NCBI GenBank assembly: GCA_963734495.1
Contig: CAVTHK010000001.1
Location: 480,001 to 544,000, forward strand
DNA length: 64,000 nucleotides
Source: an uncultured Spirochaetota bacterium
GTDB lineage: Bacteria > Spirochaetota > Spirochaetia > SZUA-6 > CAVTHK01
Reading direction: 5' to 3'
Position 1 is the stretch's first letter; every line of letters starts with the position of its first letter. Below the pieces are notes generated by a model. That model was not told the origin of the DNA. It saw only the letters and a program-made list of their open reading frames with translations, and did not search any database. The translations under genes were made by a program, and so were the position numbers. Below, piece by piece: positions 9,092 through 18,718 of the stretch.

Positions 9092-10284
9092 GGCGGGCCA
9101 TGGCCTCCTCCGGTGACGGGAGGGCCGCGAGAATCGCGGTCGTCTTTGCGGCCGAGGGCGCAGCCGCCGCGCTCTCTTTCATCTTCCTCACGGCAAGAGC
9201 CACCGCTGCGCTGCTCGGGCCGATCGCGGCGGGCGGGGCGATAGCGGTCGCCGTCGCGCGCGTCCCCCGTTTCCGCTCGGCGCTCGCCGGGGCGTTCCGC
9301 GGCGAACGGCCCGCCGCGCTCGCGTTCGCCGCGGTCCTGCTGCTCGCGCTCCCGCTCCTGCTGCGGCGGGACGCCTACTCGCTGCACATCCTCGTCGTGA
9401 CCGGGATCCAGGTCATCCTTGCGCTCGGGCTGAACCTGCAGGTCGGCAGCACCGGGCTCCCCAACCTGGGTTTTGCCGCCTTCTACGGCATCGGCGCCTA
9501 CACGTCGGCGCTGCTCGCGGTGCGGCTCGGCGTGCCGTTCTGGGTCGGGCTCGCTGCGGGAGGCGCGGTCTCCGCGGCGTTCGGCCTGGTGCTCGGCTTC
9601 CCGACTCTCAAGACCAGGGCCTACTACCTCGCGCTCATCACGATCGCCTTCGGGCTGGTCGTCTACCTCCTCATGCTCAACCTGCGCTTCCTCGACGGGC
9701 CGGACGGCGTCAGGGACATCCCGCCGCCGCGGGTCGCGGGCTGGCCGCTGGTCTCCAGCGTGACGCTGCTCGGCGGCAAGTACCCGATGCAGCTCAACTT
9801 CGCCTACCTTGTCCTGGCGTTCACGGCGCTCGCCGTCGCGGCGGCGCACGCCCTGCACCACTCGCGGACCGGCCTCGCCTGGAACGCGGTGCGCGAAGAC
9901 GAGATCGCCTCTCAATCGGTGGGGATCAACGTCTCCGCCAGCAAGCTGCTCGCCTTCGCGGTGGGGGCATTCTACGCGGGGGCGGCCGGCGCGCTCTACG
10001 CGCACTACGTCGGCTACATCTCCGCGCAGAACTTCACCCTCACCCAGTCGCTGGCCCTGCTGTCCATGGTGATCCTCGGCGGCCTGGACAACATCGGCGG
10101 CGTAGCGCTGGCCGCGGTGCTGCTCAGCGTGCTGCCGGAAAAGTTCCGCGCGCTCTCCGACTACCGCGTGATCGCCTACGGCGTCATCATCATCGCGATG
10201 TTGATCTTCAGGCCGGCGGGGCTCATCCCGCAGACGATCAGGGACTACAGGTTTGCCCTCAAGGGGAAGGTCCGCGATGGCTGA
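9088..10284 (+). CDS. livM: HAAT ABC transporter permease (LivM-like)
   Basis: LGLNLQVGSTGLPNLGFAAFYGIGAY, YLALITIAFG, AVREDEIAS, MVILGG. Confidence 0.9.
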   Translation: MRRAMASSGDGRAARIAVVFAAEGAAAALSFIFLTARATAALLGPIAAGGAIAVAVARVPRFRSALAGAFRGERPAALAFAAVLLLALPLLLRRDAYSLHILVVTGIQVILALGLNLQVGSTGLPNLGFAAFYGIGAYTSALLAVRLGVPFWVGLAAGGAVSAAFGLVLGFPTLKTRAYYLALITIAFGLVVYLLMLNLRFLDGPDGVRDIPPPRVAGWPLVSSVTLLGGKYPMQLNFAYLVLAFTALAVAAAHALHHSRTGLAWNAVREDEIASQSVGINVSASKLLAFAVGAFYAGAAGALYAHYVGYISAQNFTLTQSLALLSMVILGGLDNIGGVALAAVLLSVLPEKFRALSDYRVIAYGVIIIAMLIFRPAGLIPQTIRDYRFALKGKVRDG

Positions 10285-11065
10285 CGCTCTGCTCGAGGTC
10301 CAGGGTCTCACCATCCGTTTCGGCGGCCTTACGGCGGTCGACAATGTTTCGTTCGACCTCGAGGAGAACCGCATTCTCGCCGTCATCGGGCCCAACGGGG
10401 CGGGCAAGACGACGATCTTCAACATGATCACAGGCATCTACGCTCCGACGGGCGGGACCATCCGGTTCCGCGGAGCGCTGCTCAACGGCCTCGCGCCCTA
10501 CAGGATCGCGCGCAAGGGAATCGCTCGGACTTTCCAGGCGAGCCGCCTGTTCGCCAACCTCAGCGTGCTGGACAATGTCCTGCTCGGCATGCGGCCGCAT
10601 CGCGGCATCGGGATCGGAAGGGCGATCTTCCGGCGGGATCTCGAAGCCGCGGATCTCCGTGAAAGTCTCGATCGCGCCGCCGAGCTGCTGGTGTTCTTCG
10701 GCCTGGAGCCCAGGGAGAAGGCGGGCAGGCGCTCCGGCGACCTGCCCCAGGGTGACAGGCGCAAGCTCGAGATCTGCCGGGCCCTCGCCGCAGCCCCGGC
10801 CGTGGTCCTCCTCGACGAGCCTTCGGCCGGGATGGACCCGGGGGAAACGCGCGAGCTCATGGAGGACATACGGCGGATCCGCGTCAGGAACCCGCGCATA
10901 GGCATCATCCTGATCGAGCACGACATGTCGGTGGTCCGCGGAGTCGCGGATCACATCCTGGTGCTGAACTACGGTCAGCTGATCGCGCAGGGCGGCTTCC
11001 AGGCGATCTCCTCGGACCCGCGGGTGCAGGAGGCCTATCTTGGCAGGCGTCGATCCTACGCGTGA
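10277..11065 (+). CDS. livG: HAAT ABC transporter ATP-binding protein (LivG-like)
   Basis: FGGLTAVD, Walker A GPNGAGKT, GIARTFQ, LLDEP, IEHDM. Confidence 0.92.
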   Translation: MADALLEVQGLTIRFGGLTAVDNVSFDLEENRILAVIGPNGAGKTTIFNMITGIYAPTGGTIRFRGALLNGLAPYRIARKGIARTFQASRLFANLSVLDNVLLGMRPHRGIGIGRAIFRRDLEAADLRESLDRAAELLVFFGLEPREKAGRRSGDLPQGDRRKLEICRALAAAPAVVLLDEPSAGMDPGETRELMEDIRRIRVRNPRIGIILIEHDMSVVRGVADHILVLNYGQLIAQGGFQAISSDPRVQEAYLGRRRSYA

Positions 11066-11813
11066 GACGGGTACGCCGGCCCGGGGCGGCGCCGACCGGC
11101 CCCTGCTCGAGCTGCGCGGTCTCGACGTGGCCTACGGCCGGGTCCGGGTGATCCACGGCCTCTCGCTCGATGTCGGCCGGTCCGAGATCGTGGCCCTCCT
11201 CGGACCCAATGGGGCGGGCAAGACAACGACCGTGCGCGCGATCCTCGGCCTCGTGCCACCGACCGCCGGAGTGGTGCGCTTCGACGGCCACGCCGTCACC
11301 GGGTGGAGGCCGCACAGGATCGTCTCGCTGGGCGTGGCGGTCGTGCCCGAAGGCCGTGGAATCTTCCCGAAGCTGACGGTGCTGGAGAACCTGCGTGCCG
11401 GGATAGCATTCGTCAGCCGCGACGCAGCGCTGTTCGAGGAGCGCCGCGAGCAGGCATACGCGAAGTTCCCACGCCTTCGGGAGCGCGAGCGCCAGATCGC
11501 GGGCACGCTGAGCGGCGGCGAACAGACGATGCTCGCCCTCTCGCGAGCCATGATGAGCCGGCCCAGGCTCGTGCTCATGGACGAGCCCTCGCTCGGCCTC
11601 GCGCCCAACCTGATCGAGCAGACCTTCGAGATCATCAGGGAGTACAACAGCGAAGGCACGGCGGTCCTTCTGATCGAGCAGAACGCGGCCCAGGCGCTGG
11701 AGATTTCCAGCCGCGCCTACATCCTGCAGAAGGGACAGGTCATGCTGCACGGCAGCCGGGACGAGCTCCTGTCGGACGAACGGGTCCGGAAGGCCTATTT
11801 CGCCGCCGAGTAG
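11040..11813 (+). CDS. livF: HAAT ABC transporter ATP-binding protein (LivF-like); start uncertain
   Basis: GPNGAGKT, VPEGR, LSGGEQ, MDEPSLGLAP, IEQNA. Confidence 0.92.
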   Translation: MAGVDPTRETGTPARGGADRPLLELRGLDVAYGRVRVIHGLSLDVGRSEIVALLGPNGAGKTTTVRAILGLVPPTAGVVRFDGHAVTGWRPHRIVSLGVAVVPEGRGIFPKLTVLENLRAGIAFVSRDAALFEERREQAYAKFPRLRERERQIAGTLSGGEQTMLALSRAMMSRPRLVLMDEPSLGLAPNLIEQTFEIIREYNSEGTAVLLIEQNAAQALEISSRAYILQKGQVMLHGSRDELLSDERVRKAYFAAE

Positions 11814-11852
11814 GCGGCGCGCGTGGTGTGCTGCCCGCGAGGAGGCGGTGCG

Positions 11853-12713
11853 ATGCTGGAAGCGCGAAAGTTGCGGCTGACCACGATCGCCGAGAACACG
11901 TCCACGCGACCAGGCATAGTCGGCGACTGGGGCCTGAGCATTCTGATCGAGGACGGGGAGCACCGCTTTCTCCTCGACACGGGCGCAGGGCAGTCCACGG
12001 TCGCGAACGCCGACTCGCTCGGCGTGGACCTCACGCGCATCGATGCGATCGTGCTCAGCCACGGACATCTCGATCACACGGGAGGGCTGCTTTCCGTCCT
12101 GTCGCGGCTCAAGAGCGACGTCCGAGTCGTTGCTCACCCTGGAATCTGGGGCCCCAAGTACTCGAGGAACCGCAAGACCGGCCGCTATCGCTACGCCGGG
12201 ATGCCGTACGCGCGCGAGGCCCTCGAGTCCGCGGGCGCCCGCTTCGAGCTCACCGCGGCGCCTACTTGGCTGACGAGCGACATCGTCGCGAGCGGCGAGG
12301 AGCCGATGGCGAGCGATTTCGAGGCCGTGGCGGACAACATCTGCCTGAAGACGGAGCGGGGGTTCGAGCCCGACCCGGTGATCGACGACCAGTCGGTATA
12401 CATCCGCACCGACCTCGGGCTCATCGTCGTCCTGGGCTGCGCGCACAGGGGTATGATCAACATCATCCATCACGGCTTGCACCTCACCGGAACGCAGAAG
12501 GTCTACATGGCGGTCGGCGGGACGCACCTCGGCCCGGCTTCGGAGCCGCAGGTCGAGCGGACGATCGAGGCGCTGCGCGAACTGGACGTCGCATGGGTCG
12601 GCGTCTCGCACTGCACGGGGCTTCCGGTCGCCTCCCGGCTCGACAGGGAGCTGCCCGGCCGGTTCTTCTTCAACAACGCGGGGACCACGATCACCTTCCC
12701 GTTCGCCCCCTGA
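11853..12713 (+). CDS. MBL-fold metallo-hydrolase
   Basis: GGAGG RBS; LLDTG, LSHGHLDHTGG, DDQ, GCAHRG, GGTHL, HCTG. Confidence 0.9.
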   Translation: MLEARKLRLTTIAENTSTRPGIVGDWGLSILIEDGEHRFLLDTGAGQSTVANADSLGVDLTRIDAIVLSHGHLDHTGGLLSVLSRLKSDVRVVAHPGIWGPKYSRNRKTGRYRYAGMPYAREALESAGARFELTAAPTWLTSDIVASGEEPMASDFEAVADNICLKTERGFEPDPVIDDQSVYIRTDLGLIVVLGCAHRGMINIIHHGLHLTGTQKVYMAVGGTHLGPASEPQVERTIEALRELDVAWVGVSHCTGLPVASRLDRELPGRFFFNNAGTTITFPFAP

Positions 12714-13279
12714 TGGCCGCGGAAACGGGCCGGCCCCTGCGCATCGTCGTCGTCGGCACCACCGGTTCGGGCAAGACCACTGTCGCCCGGAGGATCGCGC
12801 AGGCGCTCGGCATCCCGCACGTGGAGCTGGACAGCCTGCACTGGCGCCCCGGCTGGACCGAGGCGCCGCTCGAAGAGTTCCGCGCTGCCGTCGACGATGC
12901 CACGACGGGCGACCGCTGGGTGGCAGACGGCAACTACGGGAAAGTGCGGCAGACGCTGTGGAGCAAGGCGACCCACGTCGTGTGGCTCGACCGCCCTTTC
13001 CCGCTGGTGTTCTGGCGCGTGCTCATGCGCACCATCCGCAGGGTCGCGTCGCGCGAAGAGCTGTTTTCCGGCAACCGCGAGACCTTCCGGCAGTCGTTCC
13101 TCTCGCGCGACTCAATCATCTGGTGGATGATCACTACGCATGCCCGGCGGCGCCGGGAGCTCCCGCGGCTGCTCGCGCGGCCCGAGCACGCGCGCCTCGA
13201 GGTGCTGGTCGTCCGCAGCCGGCGCGACGAGGAGCGGCTGTTCGCGCGCCTTGCGGCCGCTGCTGACGATCGCGCCTGA
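12713..13279 (+). CDS. P-loop NTPase, adenylate kinase-like / topology-modulation family
   Basis: TGATG coupling with the upstream gene; GTTGSGKTT, ELDSLHWRPGW, WVADGNY. Confidence 0.88.
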   Translation: MAAETGRPLRIVVVGTTGSGKTTVARRIAQALGIPHVELDSLHWRPGWTEAPLEEFRAAVDDATTGDRWVADGNYGKVRQTLWSKATHVVWLDRPFPLVFWRVLMRTIRRVASREELFSGNRETFRQSFLSRDSIIWWMITTHARRRRELPRLLARPEHARLEVLVVRSRRDEERLFARLAAAADDRA

Positions 13280-13337
13280 GCCCGCGCCGCGCGGCCACGG
13301 ACTTGGGCCCCCGCCGCCGTGCTATACTCGCGGCGGA

Positions 13338-14585
13338 TTGAAAACAACGCGCGCCGCTCTGCACTACGGCTGGGTGATCGTCGCGACCGCGGTGCTGGTC
13401 GTCTTCGGAAGCTTGGGTCTCGGCCGGTTCGGGCTTACCATGATCCTCCCTTCGGTCAAGGCGGGCCTCGGCCTTTCGGACGTGCAGGCGGGGGACCTCG
13501 CGACGGCCAACATGATCGGCTACCTGGCGATGTCGCTGCTTTCCGGCGTGCTCGCCGCACGCTTCGGCCCCCGGGTCGTGATCGCCGCGTCCATGGCCCT
13601 GGTCGCGGGAGGCATGCTGACGGCGGGGCTGGCGGCCGGCTACTCCGCGTGCCTGCTCGGCCTGGCCCTCACCGGCCTCGGCAGCGGCGGCAGCAACGTG
13701 CCGGTCATGGGGCTCACGTCACGGTGGTTCGCGCGCCGCAGCCGCGGGCGGGCCACGGGCATTGTCGTCAGCGGCTCGAGCATCGGGATCCTGCTCGCCG
13801 GCGCCTTCGTGCCGGCGGTGATGGAGCGATTCGGGGCGCAGGGCTGGCGCGTGGCGTGGCAGAGCTTCGCCGCGGCTGCTCTCGCGCTCGGCGCGCTCGG
13901 GTGGCTGCTCCTGCGCAACGATCCCGCTGCCCTCGGCCTCCAGCCTGTCGGCGGCGGCGACCAGGCCGCGCCCGCGGCAGGCGGGATGCAGTGGGGCCTC
14001 GTCTACCGCCGGCCTGTTGTGTGGCACCTGGGCGCAACCTATCTCCTGTTCGGCTTCTCCTACGTGATCTACGCCACGTTCTTCGCTCGCTACCTCACGG
14101 GCGAGGCAGGCTTCACGACGAGGCAGGCGGGCACGCTCTGGTCGGCCATCGGCGCTCTCAGCCTGGCCAGCGGATTCATCTGGGGAAGTGTCTCGGACCG
14201 CCTGGGGCGCAGGTACGGGCTGGCCCTCGTGTTCGCGATCCAGAGCGTCTGCTTCGCCGCGTTCGCGTTCTGGCGCGCTCCCGCGGGCATCTACGTGTCT
14301 GCCGGGCTCTTCGCCCTCACGGCGTGGAGCATCCCGGCGGTCATGGCCGCCGCGACCGCGGACATCGTGGGCACGAGGCTCGCGCCCGCCGCCTTCGGCT
14401 TCGTCACCGTGTTCCTCGGGCTGGGGCAGGCGGCCGGCCCGTTCGCCGCCGGACGGATCGCCCAGGCGGCCGGGACGTACGCCCCGGCCTTCGCCTGCGC
14501 CGCGGCGGCGGCCGCCTGCGGGGCGCTGCTGTCGCTGTGCTTGCGGGCGCGCAGCCCGCAGGCCGCGGATGCGAAAGCTGCCTGA
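13338..14585 (+). CDS. MFS transporter
   Basis: About 12 hydrophobic segments, HYGWVIV, GVLAARFGPR and GSVSDRLGRR motif-A copies; TTG start just after TGcTATACT (13320-13328). Confidence 0.9.
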   Translation: MKTTRAALHYGWVIVATAVLVVFGSLGLGRFGLTMILPSVKAGLGLSDVQAGDLATANMIGYLAMSLLSGVLAARFGPRVVIAASMALVAGGMLTAGLAAGYSACLLGLALTGLGSGGSNVPVMGLTSRWFARRSRGRATGIVVSGSSIGILLAGAFVPAVMERFGAQGWRVAWQSFAAAALALGALGWLLLRNDPAALGLQPVGGGDQAAPAAGGMQWGLVYRRPVVWHLGATYLLFGFSYVIYATFFARYLTGEAGFTTRQAGTLWSAIGALSLASGFIWGSVSDRLGRRYGLALVFAIQSVCFAAFAFWRAPAGIYVSAGLFALTAWSIPAVMAAATADIVGTRLAPAAFGFVTVFLGLGQAAGPFAAGRIAQAAGTYAPAFACAAAAAACGALLSLCLRARSPQAADAKAA

Positions 14586-14608
14586 AGCCTTCTCAAGCGC
14601 GCGGATGC

Positions 14609-14636
14609 TTGCGCTGCCGGGTGGGCCGGGTATAAT
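14609..14636 (+). promoter_or_regulatory. Sigma70-type promoter, probably giving a leaderless mRNA
   Basis: TTGCGC-N16-TATAAT; ATG 8 nt downstream with no SD. Confidence 0.7.
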
Positions 14637-14644
14637 CGCTGGAT

Positions 14645-16708
14645 ATGCTGGCGCGCGTCGTGGCCTCGCGACCGCCGAAGCGCGGTCCGGGACTCGCTAC
14701 AGCCTTGATCCTCGCTCTCGTCGCGTCCGGCGGCGCGGCAGCGCAAGCCTCCTTGGAACCCGAAGCCATCGAGGCCGTCTCAGCCAACGTCTTCGAGGTG
14801 GTCGCGCTCAAGCCCTCCGAAGAGTCGATACGCTACGCCGAACGGCTCCCGTTCGAGCTCCTGCCGTTCCTCGAGAGGAATGACGAGTACATTCCGCTGG
14901 GCACAGCCTTCGCGATCCAGGACAAGCGCTTCGTTTCGGCGGCGCACGTGTTTACGCTGGAGCGCGCGACACTGTGGGACCGGCTCTACCTTCGGCGGCC
15001 CGGCGGAAAGGCCTACCCGATCGACACCATCTGGAGCTATTCCGGGGACCGCGACTTCGTTGTCTTCAGCGTGGAGGGCTGGGACGGGGCCGCAGGCGGC
15101 CTCGCCTTGAGCACGAGGCCCGTCCTGAACCAGAGGGTGTACGCCGTCGGCAACGCCCTGGGACAGGGCGTGGTCATACGCGACGGCATCCTCACGTCCA
15201 TGACGCCCGAAAGCGAGGACGGCGCCTGGGAATGGCTCCGCTTTTCGGCGGCCGCTTCACTCGGGAACAGCGGCGGGCCGCTCGTCGACGCCGCGGGCCG
15301 CGTGATCGGTGTCGTCACAGCCAAGAGCGAGGCCGAGAACCTGAACTATGCCCTCCCGTGCTCGGAGGCGCTCTCCTTTGCGACCGGCACGGGCGAGCTG
15401 ATCAAGCGGTACAAGTACCGCCTGCCGAACGTGGAGGCCGATCATATCGAACGGTTCACATTCCGCACCGGGCTTCCCAAGCCGCTGCCGGAGCTGCGGT
15501 CGGAAATGGTCGCCTTTCTCGACGGCGTCGTGCGCAAGGGGATCGACTCGCTGCTCAGCGAGAACGGCGACAAAGTATTCCCGCGCGGCGACGGCTCCCG
15601 AAGGCTCCTGGATACGATCACCTACTCCGCGTTTCCCATGTTTGCGGCCGAGAAAGCCGACGGCACCTGGCAGATGCTCAAGCCCGAAAAAACGTCCGCC
15701 TACCGGGTCGGGGGCGATGGCACATTGGAGTTGGGCGAGCTCTGGGGTGACACGTTCGCGCTGCTCTCGAAGCCGCGTGACACCACGGTAGCGTCTCTCT
15801 TCGAGAATCCGCGGGCCCTGCTCGACCTGATCCTCGAGGGCTACGCCATGACCCGTTCGGTAGGCACCAAGAAGGTGCGGATTACCTCATACGGGACGCC
15901 TTCGGTGGTGCAGCGCTTTGCCGATTCCTGGGGCCGCAAGTGGCTGCTGGCGTCGTGGGACATCCCGTTCGCCAACAAGACGGAGGTGATGCTGGCGACG
16001 CCGACACCGTCGGGCGCCGCCGTTGTGCTGCGTCTCTGCCCCTACGGCGACCGGAACTCGTTTCTCGCGGATTTCCGGGCGATGACCGAGTTCTTCGCCG
16101 TCTCGTACCGGGCGAACCTTCGCAACTGGGGTGAGTACCTCGCCCGCGATGCCCTCACGCCGGCCTTCCTCTCGGACTTTTCCGTCAGACTCGCGGCCGG
16201 AGAGCGCGTGTCGCTCAAGTCCAGGCGCATGGCCTTCGAGTACGACTCGGACATGCTGGCCGCCAAAGAGGACACCGTCCTTTCCGTGATCCCGGCCTTC
16301 TGCCGCGAAGAGAAGGTGGTCTGGGACACTGCCCAGATTTTTATCGAAGACCCGTCCAGGCCCGGGAGCTACATCAGCATCCTCAAGATGTTCAGACCAA
16401 CCGCGGCTTCGCCCGACCCCGCGCGGCAGGCGTGGGAGGCGGCGGTCAGGGGAAAGTTCCCCTTCAACCTGACAAAGATTTCCCACGAGGGAGCGAGCAG
16501 GATATTCGGAGTCCTCAATCCGGGGCGAGGAGGAAGCGCCGACCCGCGGTTTGTCTACAGCGTGGCAATCGCGACGGACGGCGAGGCTACCGAAGGAGAC
16601 CTGAGGGCCCGGATGTACCGGGCACGAGGCGCGTTGGTCCTCTCCGCCTATGAGCTTGAAGCAAGCGCGCTGCCCCTTGATCCGTCCGAGGCCAAGGAGC
16701 GCCGATAG
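14645..16708 (+). CDS. Secreted trypsin-like (S1) serine protease with a long uncharacterised C-terminal region
   Basis: Signal peptide; triad motifs SAAHV, RDF and GNSGGP; VYAVGN. Confidence 0.85.
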   Translation: MLARVVASRPPKRGPGLATALILALVASGGAAAQASLEPEAIEAVSANVFEVVALKPSEESIRYAERLPFELLPFLERNDEYIPLGTAFAIQDKRFVSAAHVFTLERATLWDRLYLRRPGGKAYPIDTIWSYSGDRDFVVFSVEGWDGAAGGLALSTRPVLNQRVYAVGNALGQGVVIRDGILTSMTPESEDGAWEWLRFSAAASLGNSGGPLVDAAGRVIGVVTAKSEAENLNYALPCSEALSFATGTGELIKRYKYRLPNVEADHIERFTFRTGLPKPLPELRSEMVAFLDGVVRKGIDSLLSENGDKVFPRGDGSRRLLDTITYSAFPMFAAEKADGTWQMLKPEKTSAYRVGGDGTLELGELWGDTFALLSKPRDTTVASLFENPRALLDLILEGYAMTRSVGTKKVRITSYGTPSVVQRFADSWGRKWLLASWDIPFANKTEVMLATPTPSGAAVVLRLCPYGDRNSFLADFRAMTEFFAVSYRANLRNWGEYLARDALTPAFLSDFSVRLAAGERVSLKSRRMAFEYDSDMLAAKEDTVLSVIPAFCREEKVVWDTAQIFIEDPSRPGSYISILKMFRPTAASPDPARQAWEAAVRGKFPFNLTKISHEGASRIFGVLNPGRGGSADPRFVYSVAIATDGEATEGDLRARMYRARGALVLSAYELEASALPLDPSEAKERR

Positions 16709-16731
16709 AAGCGCGGGAGCCGCCCCCGCGC

Positions 16732-17646
16732 CTACTCGCGGCCGTAGGGGCGGCCGAGGGACGCGGGAAACTCGATCCGCCTGCGGAAGGCCACCATCAC
16801 CACGAGCACCGAAACGAAAGGCAGCATCAGCAGGAACTGGTAGGGGACGCGGTCGGAGAGGATCTGAAGCTGGAACGAGAGGACTTCGACCGCCGAGAAG
16901 AGCAGGCCGCCTAACAGCGCGCGCTGCGGCTTCCAGCTCGCGAAGATCGCGATCCCGATGGCCATGAACCCGCGGCCCGCGGCGATCCCCGGCGAGTACG
17001 ACTGCGTGATCACGAGCGGGATGTAGGCGCCGGAGACGCCGATGAGCAGGGACCCGATCGCCGTGGCCCAGATGCGCCGCGCCGTCACGTTCACGCCCGC
17101 GACGTCGGCGGCGCGCGGGTTCTCGCCGATGGCGCGCGTCTCGAGGCCCGCGCGGGTGCGGTAGAAGAACGCCCACGCGGCGGCGCACGCGACGTACATG
17201 AAGAACACGACCGCGTTCTGCCGGAAAAACGCGCGCACCAGCGGCAGGTCGCCCAGGAGCGGCACGGCGAGGACCGGCGTCCCCGGCGCCCGGGGCGCTT
17301 CGAGGCGCACGCCCATGACGATCTTGTAGAGCAGGTCCGACAGGCCCGAGCCGAGGATCACGAGCGTGATCCCGAGGATGAACTGGTTGACCTTGAAGGC
17401 TTCGTGGACGGCGCCGAGCAGCGCGCCGAGCGCCAGGCCCATGAGCGCGCCGGCGGCGAAGCCGAGCAGCCAGCTCCCCGTGAGGTTCGCGGCGATGAAA
17501 CCCGCCGAGGCCGAGGCGAGCATGATCCCTTCGGCAGCTACGTTGAAGAAGCCGGTCCGCCCCGCAACGATGATGCCCAGGCTCGCCAGCGTGTAGATGA
17601 CGGCGTACATCGTGACCTGCGTGAGGAAGGAGGTGAGGAACTCCAC
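16732..17646 (-). CDS. BMP/nucleoside-type ABC transporter permease
   Basis: GFFNVAAEGIM, RAIGENPRAADVAGVNV, AGRGFMAI. Confidence 0.9.
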   Translation of the reverse strand: MEFLTSFLTQVTMYAVIYTLASLGIIVAGRTGFFNVAAEGIMLASASAGFIAANLTGSWLLGFAAGALMGLALGALLGAVHEAFKVNQFILGITLVILGSGLSDLLYKIVMGVRLEAPRAPGTPVLAVPLLGDLPLVRAFFRQNAVVFFMYVACAAAWAFFYRTRAGLETRAIGENPRAADVAGVNVTARRIWATAIGSLLIGVSGAYIPLVITQSYSPGIAAGRGFMAIGIAIFASWKPQRALLGGLLFSAVEVLSFQLQILSDRVPYQFLLMLPFVSVLVVMVAFRRRIEFPASLGRPYGRE

Positions 17647-17647
17647 G

Positions 17648-18718
17648 CTATGTCCTCCCCGGCGCGGCGGGCGCGGCCGCCGCCTGCCGCGACGCCACCA
17701 CCTGTCGGATCGTCACGACGAACGCCACGACGAGCGCCTGCGTGAGGAACACGATCTCCACCGGGACTCGCATCGTGCGCTGCAGCGAATCCGCGCCGAC
17801 CAGAAGTACCGACATCAGGAACGCCGACACCGGCACGGCGAGCGGGTTGCCGGCGACCACCAGCGCCGTGAGGATGCCGAAGATGCCGTACTGCGCGCCG
17901 CTGGTCGACGTAAAGCCGTCGATCAGGCGGCCGTGGATGTTCATGATCTCCAGCGCGCCGCCGAGCCCCGCGATCGCGCCGGCGGTGAAGAACGCGAACT
18001 GGAGCGTCGCGCGAAAGTCGATCCCGTAGGTCTCGGCCGCGGCGGGGTTGTGTCCGACGGCGCGGATCTCGTAGCCGCGCGCCGTGCGGTTCAGAAGGAC
18101 CGCGACGAGCCAGACCGTCGCCGCCGCCGCGACGACCGACACGGGGATCCCGGCCACGAAGCCGAGGAGCGCCGAAGCGGGAAGCGGCACGGTGATCGGG
18201 TGCCCCTCCATCGGGTCCTTGAAGCCGGGAGCCGTGCACACGAAGTTGATGAGGAGCCCCGCCACGAAGTTCAGCATGATGGTCGAGATGATCGGGTTCA
18301 CGTCGTGGCGCGCGCGCAGCCACCCCGCGACGAGAGCGAGCAGCCCGCCCGCAGCGGCGCCGACAGCCAGGAGCAGCGGCACCATCACCGCCGCCGGCAG
18401 GCGCACGCCCGCGAGCGCCAGCGAGAGCGCGACGGCCGCGGCCGCGGTCCCGCCGACCGTCATCTGCCCGACGGCGCCGATGTTGAAGAGCCTGATGGTG
18501 AAGGGAATGGTGAAGGCGTACGTGGCGAAGAGCAGCGGCACCATCTTCTTGACGGTCTCCTGGAAGCCGAAGGCCGAGCGGAAGCTCGTGGCGAGCAGCG
18601 TGAGCATCGCGCGCGGCACGTTGTAGCCGAGTGCGGCGAGCAGCAGCCCCACCACCGCGAGCGCGAGGGCGGCGGCAACTGAATAGACGGCGGCCCCCGA
18701 GAGCAACCGCGGCCTCAC
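17648..18718 (-). CDS. BMP/nucleoside-type ABC transporter permease
   Basis: GTG start overlapping the ATPase stop; LFNIGAVGQ, IISTIMLNF, GYEIRAVGHNPAAA. Confidence 0.88.
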   Translation of the reverse strand: MRPRLLSGAAVYSVAAALALAVVGLLLAALGYNVPRAMLTLLATSFRSAFGFQETVKKMVPLLFATYAFTIPFTIRLFNIGAVGQMTVGGTAAAAVALSLALAGVRLPAAVMVPLLLAVGAAAGGLLALVAGWLRARHDVNPIISTIMLNFVAGLLINFVCTAPGFKDPMEGHPITVPLPASALLGFVAGIPVSVVAAAATVWLVAVLLNRTARGYEIRAVGHNPAAAETYGIDFRATLQFAFFTAGAIAGLGGALEIMNIHGRLIDGFTSTSGAQYGIFGILTALVVAGNPLAVPVSAFLMSVLLVGADSLQRTMRVPVEIVFLTQALVVAFVVTIRQVVASRQAAAAPAAPGRT

